NCBI RefSeq assembly: GCF_964204645.1
Contig: NC_134029.1
Span: 10,504,850 to 10,568,849, forward strand
Length of the DNA stretch: 64,000 nucleotides
Source: Tubulanus polymorphus
Taxonomy: Eukaryota > Animalia > Nemertea
Direction of reading: 5' to 3'
Made by a program: the position numbers and the translations under genes. The notes under the pieces were generated by a model that did not search any database, was not told the origin of the DNA, and saw only the letters and a list, made by a program, of their open reading frames with translations. Position 1 is the stretch's first letter, and the number at the start of each line of letters is the position of its first letter. Below, piece by piece: positions 26,501-38,500 of this stretch.

Positions 26501-29500
26501 ATCGTCCCGCTGACGGCCAACAATGTGAAGATGCACGTGGTAATAATTAAGATTATATTTAATAAATATCATCTCAATTATTAATTATGTCCTGAGGCAC
26601 GCAGCTTTGTAACTTTCTTTTTACCTGCAGCTGTCAAGCGGGACGGTCTGCAAAATGAGCACGCACGGAAAGATTGTCAGTCGGGAGTCGGCCGATATAA
26701 AGGCAATTGACAGCGGTATAAAAAATAAATTTAACTGGCACTGGCTAGAGTATAAGGACAGTAACGGGGACTACTTATCGAACTACATTCGTAAGTTAGA
26801 CTTAGCTGGCGTGGCGTACTGCGTCGTTTGTAAAGACCAGGTCAAATACGGTAGTGGCGAGAAAAAAGATATTCTTCGTCACCCGGATAGCGCGCGGCAT
26901 AAGAAGGCAGCGAGGGGTGTGAAGCACAACGAATGCCTTCCGTCGTATTTTCAGATGGAAGATGCCGATCGTGATACTGCCGCTAGTACATCGACACAAG
27001 GAAAAGTATCCGTCCCGTATGGTGCTGCTCCGCATATTGAAAATGTAGTAACAGTTACCGAGACCACCCAGATCGCTCTAGAACGCATCTCCGGCGGGGA
27101 GGGCCTCCAGACCCCCTTTCTAAATTCCGGAATTTTGGTACTTTGGCCCTAGCATCTCTGTATGCAAATGAGGGCGACATTACGACAAAACGACAAAACC
27201 AAAATAACGCGACAAAACAATTATTTTGGTTTTGTCGCCCGCGACAATTCAATATTTTGGTTTTGTCGCCCGCTACAATTCAATATTTTGGTTTTGTCGC
27301 CCGCAACAATTCATTTTTTGGTTTTGTCGCCCGCGACGATTAAACTTTTTGGTTTTGTCGCCCGCGACAATTCAACTTTTTGGTTTTATCGCCCGCGACA
27401 ATTCAATTATTTGGTTTTGTCGCCCACTTTATTAGCTTTTGAATAATGAGGCCAATTAATAACGGAATGAAGACTTACGCTTTCGCCTATTTTGAAGTCG
27501 ATTAATCTGATATAGTGTCGATTATTAAGGTCATTTTGGCAGATTCTTTTTTTTAATAAAGTGATATTAAAGCGATCATTCAAGTGATCCTACTTAACAA
27601 AAGATCACATATTATTTCTTTTTCTAAAGATGTACGGAAGCTTATATGTACGGAAGCGATAAAGGGCCTCGAGTTGTCGCGTTCAAACTCGCCAAGTCGC
27701 CATATTTATGTCGATATATCGCGTCAAGTTGACATATCGTGACGTTTTGACGACATATTTCGTTTTCACGACCTTCGTTTTCCTCGCGACAAGTCGACAA
27801 ATTCATGACGACTTGAAACTCAATCCTCATATCACTGTCGTCCTCATCTTACATTTCGACGTGTCTTCAAATGACAGCTTGTCCCGTGGAAAATGGACGA
27901 AAAGGCGAAATTTGTCGTGAAAACGTCACGATATGTTGACATATTCATGTCGACTTGACGCGATGTATCGCGATCTATCGACATAAATATGGTGACTTGG
28001 TGAGTTTGAACGCGACAACTCGAGGCCCTTTATCGCTTCCGTATATATGGGAGCCGTACAAAACTGTTGCGACCTTTTATCACGACGAAATTATGTTGAA
28101 AAAACGTGATATATCGCGATTTTTCGACATAATTAAGTCGATATATCGTGTTAATATCACGATAAATCGTTATACGGATCACGCCTTTCACCAATGTCGA
28201 CACCAACATAACCGTACCGTGGACATAATTATCACTACTTTAGCAAATTGTCGCGGGCGACAAAACGTAATGTCGACCTCATTTGCATATTCGTGTTTTT
28301 TTACAATGGCCCTTATCAGCCACCATAGATGATAGATGGTTACCATGTTGGTTAAAAGCATTTGACAGTTTTTGAGTGCGAGCGTTCAAAGAGTTGATGA
28401 TGTGACGAGCTAGTAACTCGACATCGTCTAGGATGGCAGTACCAAACAGCGATCGCAATAACGACCCATTGAAACCGAGTGGAGCCCCTCTCTTGGAAAG
28501 CGTTTGGGACTCGGTTGAGAGGCTTCAGGGATCAATGACTGAACTTTCTCATTCACGTGCAAAATGTGAGCATTCACCCGACGCTGTCACTCATTCATAT
28601 CTATAGCAGCAGTGTTGCGTAGTTGGCATGTGAGACTAGATCCATGACACTGAAAAGCGAGCTAAATTGATGGGTTGAGGAAGTACAATTTGATAGGTAT
28701 GTGCCCAGAATTCATTTGATTGTCCCACTCTGCCTTCTCTTGACGTTGGCCATCATCCGTTGCAAGGGCTGGACTAAAAAGCATCACCGCACACATTATG
28801 AAGAATCCGAAATGAGAGACGTTCCAACCTAAGAAAGAGAAATATGATACATAGGAAAAGATACAAGGATTGGTTAAATATGATACCTCGGGCCTTGAGG
28901 GATCTAGCACAGCAACCAATGAGCCTCAGCAACGGTCCTATTAAGATTTCGATCTAAAAACTATAACGTGAACAAGTGATACAGGAAATAGAATCGGCGC
29001 AACGGAGTACGGGGCAGAGAGAACAATCAGTGGACAATCAGTGGCTCTAGCGTTTAAGGCATTTAGGTGGTTGGCGGTGTCTAAGCCAACCGGCTCGTGT
29101 CCTCAGTCTATGGAACTCGTTTCTCACGAAATCACTTATATAAGTCTCGGGCTCCCACATCTTCTCATTGTATTTAGTCCAACTGACTAAATACTGTCGC
29201 TGCCCGCTACGGACATGGACCTTAAGCAACCTTTCGACCTCATAATATATACCTTCGTCTGGCAGGTCCTGACCCCGTTGGTCAGATTGTTGCGACCCAG
29301 CATCAGGTGCTTGGATAACGGGATCTTCCGCCGGTAGGAGTTGTGGAAATTGCAGGCAGTCGTTTAATGTCTTTAACCTCATAGCGTTTACCAGAGACGG
29401 ATATGGTCGATCGTCGCTACAGCGTTTGATTGTGTATGTATGATTTGGACCATTTTCAGGGATATGATAAGGACCCGCCCAAGTAAGTACTAATTGTTTT

Positions 29501-32500
29501 GATTTCCCTTTCTGAACACGATGATATGAAACCATCACCTTGTCTCCTGGTTCATACAAGGGTGTTTTAGCATTGTGTCGCTGATCGTAGTTCTGTTTAT
29601 TTTTGTCCTGCAGGATCTTCATATTTTCATTGGCAATCTTTTTAACAATCTGTAAATTTTGTTATATATTCTCAATGTGAGCTTTTACAGCAGAGGGCAA
29701 GGCTGGCTTGGGAGTCAATGACGTATCAATTGGTTGCAACATTTCCTTGGCAAATAGAATATGAAATGAAGAGAACCCTGTCGCTTGAACAGAAGGTGTT
29801 GCTCGAAGAGCCATAAATACTGTCGGGAGCGTTAAATGCCAATCAGTTTGGTCCGTACTACAATCAGACTTCCGAGCAATAGTCTGATTTTGCCGCTCAC
29901 AAGTAGCATTTGTTTGAGGATGATAGCTACTAGTCATGTGACGAGTCACCTGAAACAATTCGCACACAGCTGAGACTAATGCCATCATAAAGTTTGCTCC
30001 TCAATCACTAATTAGGGACCTCGGAGCACCGTACCGAGCAATAATCTCTGAAAATAGAATGCGAGCAACCTCAGTCTCTCCTTGAGTTTTGAGCGGGAAC
30101 GCTTCCACCCATCGCGAATAACTGTCGACAGAGAGTAATATATACCGATGACCATCCGTAGTAGGCGTAAGGGGGCCTAAAATGTCCATGTGCCATCGTA
30201 TAAATGTGTCCGTTATAGGCATGTTAGTCAGGCCGGGACGACTTTTGTGAGTCGGGTTTTTATTCTGCTGACATATATGACAAGTAGATACATAGTTGTG
30301 CACATCCTGTTTCATACTGGGTCAATGGTATTTCTGAAGCAGGGCCTCGTATGTTTTCTCTTCCCCTAGATGACCACCACCAGCGGCTGAATCATGGTAA
30401 GATATAAGTAGGTCCAGTTGTAAGGCTTTAGGAATTACTACCTGGCTTAGTATTCTGAGTTCTGGGTCGACTTTGCGGCCACGGTGCTGATAATCCCTGT
30501 GAAGAATTCCATTGTTAAGATGGTACTGCCAGGCTGTCATAGAAATTTTGCGAGCCTCTTTCTCATCCAGAGGTAGTTTACTGTCTCACAAAAATTCAAT
30601 CATGGGCGATGTCTCACTACACAAACTTTGAAGCTTTCCATTCTGTTGGCTGGTTGAGCCTGTGCGATGGACATCACTCCTTGCACTAAGTCGTTGTAGA
30701 AAAATTCATGTTCTAATAATTTGACGTCAGAGAGTGCGCTCACTGAGTTTATGTCTATCGTAGACTGATATTCGACTGAGCTAACATTGCCCAGTAGAGA
30801 TTCATCGTCCAAGTTAGAGGAAGGTTCTTGTTCTGATACCAAAGGGGAGCTAAGTGTCATTGATGGAGTCGAACGGATGGTTATGATATCTTCCGGTATA
30901 CGTGTATCTAAATCAGGGAGTTAGTTCTTAGAGATAGGAGCGTTTACTGAGGGGTTGACCATGTTGTTTGTGAGGCTGGGGTCTGGAGTAAGCTCATTCA
31001 ATGGTGTGAGGTCCGTTGGTACCAGGCTCGGATCAGGAGTTCTGTTTTCTGGAGAATCGGAGGGTGACTTTCAAGGCGACGTAGAATACTCAACAACATG
31101 CTTACCATGCACACAGCGTAGCCAAACCAGTCTTTGAACTTAGATGACAAATAGTCCATAGCTACTGAGCGACTACCCTCCGGTAGCTCTACCGATAAAA
31201 TATGATCTAGAGTTTGTACGTCATCACAGTCGTCCACGACAGGGATTTGTGATCCGTGAAAACCGTAAATTTCTTAGGTAGTAGATATGTACGAAACGTT
31301 GCCGGCTACAATAGCGTAGCATTCTTTATCACACATTGGCCAATGTTTCTGTTGCTCAGATAATGCTTTACCCCATAGCAAACAACTCTCTCTTCTCCAT
31401 CATTGTCTTTTTTACCTAGAATAAACCCAATCGCCTCATCGCTAGCATCGTAAGTTAAGATAAATTCCCTATTAGGGTCAGGGTACACTAGCACAGGTGG
31501 CGATTGAAGTGCATCTTTCAATTGGTTTAATGCATCCTCACACGCCTCTGTCCAGTGAAACCTAGACTCTTTCTTAAGGATATTATTCAGTGGAACTGTC
31601 ACATAAGCATAATTATGAACAAAACGTCGATATAAATTGACTAAGCCTAAAAAAGAGCGAACATCTTTCTTAGATTTTGGTCGGGGAAACGATCGAACAG
31701 CCTCCGACTTGGCAGGATCCGCCTTGATACCCTCACTAGTGAAAATAAACCCTAAGTATGGTATACTGTTGACTGCGAATTTGCATTTCTAGGGCTTAAG
31801 AGTGAAGTTTGCCTCTCTTAAGCGATCAAAAACTAATCTAAGGTGTTGTAGATGCTCCTCGAAGTTTTTTGTGGCTCTCTGACTGAATCCTAAATATCCA
31901 CAAACCTGGGGAGTAGGTAATTTATCGGCTTAGTTACTTGATTTAATTCACGGAAGTCAATAGCAAATCTGAATGTTCTGTTCTTTTTCTTTACCATCAC
32001 CACTGGAGCGCTCCAGGGTGAAGTCGAGGGCACGATAAGGTCATTATCTAACATTTCTTGGATTTGTCTATCCTGATCCTCACGAACATCCTTAGTTTGG
32101 CGATAGGACCGTTGTCGGATAGGTGGCGTATCACCGGTTTCATTTACTTAAACTAAACTTCTAATGATACAATTCAACTCATGCATAAAGTTTTGATGGG
32201 TCTCACGTGAGTTCCATTTTGTGTCTTTTCCCAACGCCGGTATCTTGAACAACGACGATGTCACCAACCTGTAAATCAGAATTCTGATGATGTCACTTTG
32301 ATATTTCCTGCAAAGAAGTTATGTATAGCTTTTGGAAGTGCTTCCACACATATTCAGTTACAAATTTGACTCGTTTCCAGCGAGCTCTATAAATATCATT
32401 TTCGGCCATTAAGCTGGTGTCAGTTTCGACCGTAGTTGAACCCATTAAATGATTCGGGATATTGGCAACTACTGTTGTGTCTTCACATGACGATGTGGTC

Positions 32501-35500
32501 AGTGTCGGCTGTTCATTATCCAGCACCGCTCTCAGCTCTTCTTCAGATAGTGTCTATCTATTTATCCGTCCATACATGATCTTTCGCACGGACCTGATTT
32601 GTCTCGAAGTAGCCTCCCATGTGGCTAGACAGTAGTGGGTTAAATTTCCATTCCTTGTCATCTTTTATCAAATCTTCCTCAATCAGTTCATATCATGTAA
32701 GTCTTTTAGCATTTTTCTTTACACGCTTCGATCAAGTTTGTACCATTGTTGGACCGTAATATTTTCAGTCTGCCTAGTCTATTAACAAATTTACTTATGG
32801 CTAGTAAACAAGACTGGTTATCCAATCTATGCTCTTACTCAAGGATCGCTCCTGTAAAATTACATGAGAACAACACTCCATACCGGTTCTCTTCACGCCG
32901 TCCTTTTGTCACCCGCAACGGTCCCAAGCAGTCGATACCCGTATTTACGAACTTGTGCAAAGCTGCGGTTCGGACTTTTGGTAAGACTCCCATCTACTGC
33001 GTTTTTAACTGTGTCTGCAGGCTGTTGTGATCACTTTTCGTCCATTGTCTGTCCGTTCAAGTGTTTCCATTAGTTCGTCTGTAGACAGAATCCAGTTATT
33101 TTAGGAAGACGTATCCATGAATTGTCTTCATATATGGTTCGTATATACTTGATTTGGTTATCTACCAAAGATACATCTTCAACCCAAACATTGGCCTCAT
33201 CAGCATCAATATGGCCGCCTGGTGGCAATTGTTTTTTCGCCAGATTTTGCACTTTTTGCAGATTTTTCTGGTTTTGTTGCATAACTATATATACGATGTT
33301 ATAGTTCTTTCAACTTGCACTTCATTTTCCCAGTTTACTCTGTTATTAGATATAGCTTTGTAACTTGCTCAGTCGGTCTGAAATTTGCTGCGCTTTCCTG
33401 AGTTTGTTGAAAGAAAGAATGAATTTATTTCTGAAAGAAGTTGAAGGAATTCTGTAGAATAATAATTATATTCCCGCCTGATGTCATATCGGGATATCCC
33501 TTGACTTTACGCACTGATATGGCTGTGGTGATCGCACTTTCTAAAAAAAGTAATTCATACTCGTTGAAGTGTGCCGCTACTAGTTGTATTGTATTGTAGG
33601 CCTAGAAATATCTTCCGATGAAATTTAATTCAACTATATTGAACTAAAATTTATGCATACACCCATGGTTTTCTTGACGAAACGTTTGTATTGATATTCA
33701 GATGAACTCTTAACAATATGCATTAAAAACACCATACAGTTGGACCTATATAGTTTAGTATATAATGGAATTCGATCCCGGTTTTTGATGCAGCTTACTC
33801 GCAATGATCCTGCCTCTGGAGCGTGGGTATCGTGATGTTGACCTCTGCGTCTTACTTGGACAACGTCATGACACTAATGCCGGCTGTACACTAGCATCAA
33901 TGCTACCACAACAAAGCTGCTGTGGCAAATACCGGTGGCATTGGCGTGCCAAAAATCGTTCCCCGCAGACTTTCGACAATGACGCTGCTATCCCGTTCTG
34001 TGCTGCCACTTTTATTGATCATGTGGTCTATAGAAAATGGCGTCGCCTAATGCAGAATTATCTTGTTCCGATAGTGAGGATGAGGAAGTGCTCCTTTTGT
34101 CTTATTATTGCTCCAAAAACGATGAGGATGGAGAGCTAGCTATAAAAAATAATGGTGCCAGTCTTGGATTGCCTGGAGGTTGCAACAGGGGGCATCTAAC
34201 AACTTTGTCAAGAAGTTAGATGTAGTATATCCTGCACAGTTTCGGGCTTTCCACCGAATCATTTCATCACATCCTGACTATGGTTGGACCATTGATTTCA
34301 AAGCAGGATACTGTTTTAAGACCCTTGATGGCAGCTGAAAGACTCACTGACTCTTTGTTTTTTAGCTACAGGTAAAGTGATAACTTCATCTTCAGAAAAT
34401 GGAAAATAATGTTAGGCCACACGGAGAAATACCTTACTTTCTCATTAGTATCAGGCGCATTGGAAGCAATTTTTGATTGCTGCGGCCAAATGCTGATTTT
34501 GGACAGGTTCTAAATATTGCTGCGGGGAATTTACTTAATTTCCTCAAAAACATGGTATTCAAAGAAAAAAAAAACATCATTTAGTAAATTATTTCTGCGG
34601 CTTTAGCCGCTACAATCGCTGCACTTCCAACGCCACTGATTATTATCAGACTCAGCGCAGCTGAATCGATTAGTATTAACCGGAGTGTAGAATTCGTGTT
34701 GACGGCTATCTCCGCCGAGTGTGAAATGATTCATGAACCAAGGACTGCATTAAGTTGGCCCTTATGATGGCAGCTAAATGGCGACCGCTTTTGAAGGCTA
34801 TTAATTAAGCCTAGATTGGATAGATTCACAATTTTATGCAGTTTTTTTTTGGATTTTTAGCGATGTTGTGCGATGTCATCTTGATCTACTAACATAAACA
34901 CAACATGACCAGATTTCACAACATTTGCTCTCAAATTTACAAGTAGGCTTTCTATACATTAATGATACAACATACACAATTCTTCAATAAGAAAACTACA
35001 AAAGAAGATATAAAATTGACAAGGATTTTGCATTTTTCTTGCACTGTGCTGAAAATTTAATGTTGATGTGTGGCATAGTTTACACTATTTACTTTACTGT
35101 GGAGGTGTGATAATAGTGCCCTCGTTTGAGTAAGACGTGTAGCTCACCAAAATCAACGAAGCCGTTAATCTTTAGATAAAGGATATTTTCTTAGTAAAAA
35201 AGATTTGTTTGAGAATACTTGAACTAAAATTAAGTATGCATACGGCTGCGGTTATCTTGATGAAAAAAATGTTTTTATCGATATGCAGAGGAATTTTAAA
35301 CCATACTAATTTGCATTGAAAAAACACCATACGGTTGGACCAATATTGTGTAGTATAGTGTAGCTGTTGATGGCGGCGTGTTACCTCAGGTAATAGTGGG
35401 GTAATGTATACACCCCTGTACTATCTAACTGGTTTTGAATGAAGCTTATACACCCTTCTCGTAATATGGCACTATACCGCGGCAATAGACGGAACTAACC

Positions 35501-38500
35501 GGAAGTGATGTCATATGGTGAGCGAGTGTTACTACTTCGTTCGTAAATCATTGTGTTTGAGGCGCTATTCAGAAGTGATTTATGCTCCTTTCATACTAAT
35601 CGGATGGTACAGGTACGTCATGCAGCAATCCATAGATAATTTGGAAATCGGTGCATTAGACTGCAGAAAACCATTACTTTAATTGAATATCAGATAGGCC
35701 TAGTTAAACACCGACTAACAATTCAATTCAATTTTATTATTCAACAAAATTACAAGCAGTATAATGGCTAATAATCCATCTCTACTAATCGCAAACGAGC
35801 GGGATAAAAATAACGAATATTTGATAGACATAGTTATTATTTGGGTAGTGCCAATGTCTAGTTATTATTTGGGTAGTGCCAATGTCTAGTTACAACTGAT
35901 AAATCTACCCAATAGTCTATTTGGGTAGAGAAATGTGCTGGTTTTAAAACATTTCTCTAAACAACTCTTGGACTTTGATATCTTTACTCAGTTATATTTG
36001 TTAATTCATATCGGTAATTATTTCAGCTTTTTTGTGTTTATTTTTTGCAGTCATGGATAACCATAACTACAGTATCGGTACCGCTAGTCTGCATGAACAG
36101 AAAAACCCACCACAGCAAGATCGTGGTTAGGATGACAGTGGCGAAAAACATCTGAAAACTTTCAAAAGAAAAGATTCAAAGGTAATTAGTTATCAGTTAC
36201 ATGAGACGTTAACATCCCTAGGGGGGGCGACTTTCAAATTAATAGGTGATACTTTCTGTTTTCACAAGGCTCACTAAAACTTGAATCATAACCGTTTGTG
36301 TATTTAATCTTTTTAGAGTAACAGAACCTGCTCTGTACCGTACTGCACAAGGTCGGGATATTATCTTGTTGATGGCCATGGCACAGTTTCGTATTTTCTA
36401 TTTTCAAAGGACGCAGATATGCGAAAAAAGTGGATAGTCAGCATAAAACGAGACGTTGGACAGTATTTCACCATAACCAACAATACTTTGGTGTGCTCGC
36501 TACATTTTAAGAATACTGATCATCGTGACGTTTCAAAATTCTCAGGGCGTCGATATTTAAATCCAACTGCTGTTCCTTAAGTATTTTCATGCTGGGAAGG
36601 CAAAACCCTCTATACCGGTACAAAAGAAAGAAAGTGAAATAAGCCGATGTTGTGGCGTGACAATGTTCCATCTACGTCATCTGCTAATTCTGGTACTGAT
36701 CCAGTAGATTCTGATGTCGTCATTATCAGTAGTTATCGAAGATGAAGTGAACTTGCAACAACAATTGCATTAGACGACTACGAGAAACTGTTACAAATAG
36801 TATCCAACCTTGAAGAGGAAAATAAGAACTTACAGGCTCATATCAAATCATGATATTTGCTGGTACTGACTCAGCATCACATAAAAAGGCTCGTCCCTTT
36901 GTTTTGTCACCCACAAACCAGTTTTTCTTGTTTTTGATGAGGGTGAGGCTTGGTCTCATGGAATTGGACTCGGCCTACAGATTCACAATATCTGTTGCAA
37001 CAGTGAGCAGAATTATCATAAGATGGGCCAATTTCTTATATTTAAAACTTGGCACGCTTCCAATTTGGCCTAGTAAGGAGCAAATAATTAAGAGCGTGCC
37101 TATTAGTTTTAAACAGAAATACCCAAACACCCGTGTTCTTATTGATTGCACAGAAATTAAATGCGAGATGCCATCATCATTAGTTTTGAAATCAAAAAGC
37201 TATACTTTGAAAGGACTTATCGGGATTAAACCAGCTGGGCATCTAAGTTTTGTATCACAATTATACACCATTATTATTGTTATTATAATACAATATTTAT
37301 ATAGCGCCTTAATCCAAAAATGGCTCTAAAGCGCTTTACAAATAAAAACATTAAGCTAAAAACATCTTACAAAACATTTAAAACGTGCACATGAAGAATT
37401 TAGTTAAAATGTCTGGTGAAAAGTTCAGTTTTAGGATAAGTTTTAAAACATTGTAGTGATTTGGCTGATCTGATGTGGATAGGTAAAGCATTCCATAAAA
37501 CTGGTGCAGAGCAAGTAAAAGTACGTAAACCATAGCGCTTAGTTCTAAAAATTGATTAGATGACCGTAAATTACGTGCTGGAACATAGACAGATATCATT
37601 GATTTTATATACTCCGGTGCACTGTCATTCAAAGCTTTATATACATACAACAAAATTTTATATTCAATTCTAAAATGAAATGGAAGCCAGTGAAGTTTGG
37701 CTAGAACAGGAGTAATGTGGTTCCTTTTACTCTCCATTGAAATAATTCTGGCAGCAGCATTTTGAACTCTCTGTAATTTACATAGCAGATCAGAACGGAT
37801 ATCATATAAAAGAGAGTTAGCATAATCTAGCCTAGATATAACAGTTGCCTGGACTAGGGCTCTACAAGCATCCTCTGTTAAAAATCTCCTAATTCTACTA
37901 ATATTTCTCAAATGAAAATGACAGGTTTTAGAAATGTTTAGAACATGCTTTTCCATTGTAAGGTTCCGGTCAAAAATTACGCCTAGATTTCGAATGTTAT
38001 GAGAAACATTGGCACTGCAAGGTCCTACCTGTAATGACAGATCTTTGCAAAGATTGGTCATTGCCCGAGGACAAAACACAGAAAATTTTGTTTTATCATC
38101 ATTTTGCATAAGGCCATTGCTAACAAGCCATGGTTTTAAATCACGTAAGCACTCTTGAAGTTTCACAATACCAAGATCAATGTTTTCAAGCTTAGGCTTC
38201 GCAACAACATAGTCCTGTGAGTCGTCAGCATATAAATGATACATCAAGTCTTGTTTTTTGAAAATATCTCCAATCGGGCCTGTGTATAAATTAAATAATT
38301 TAGGTCCTAGCACAGAACCTTGAGGAACGCCAAACTCAACCACTTTCTCAATAGATGGATGATCGTTAACTAATACACGCTGGGTTCTGAGAGTACGACC
38401 GTAGCCAAGACAGCGCAATATCAGAAATACCATAAGAAAAATTCAACCTGTCTAAAAGTACATTACGATCAATTGTATCAAATGCTGACGACATGTCAAG

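Larger units (their letters stand above)
26153..28327. mobile_element. IS3EU-like non-autonomous DNA transposon inserted in env
   Basis: TATGG...CCATA termini, ~65-bp TIR, 6-bp TSD GATGAT (26147-26152 / 28328-28333). Confidence 0.8.
24277..28960 (-). pseudogene. F-type (baculovirus F/paramyxovirus F-like) env with C-terminal extension; interrupted by 26153-28327
   Basis: ...[34 protein letters not shown] (cleavage site + fusion peptide-like, ~28400-28500); Cys-rich FPVP...[14 protein letters not shown]...[13 protein letters not shown]; heptad then TM; second hydrophobic signal and TM downstream. Confidence 0.8.

Noticed and set aside
27190-27425. ~30-bp repeats as CRISPR array; ORFs 27143-27446
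   Set aside because: Contiguous repeats with no spacers inside a TIR element; the ORFs are repeat artefacts.
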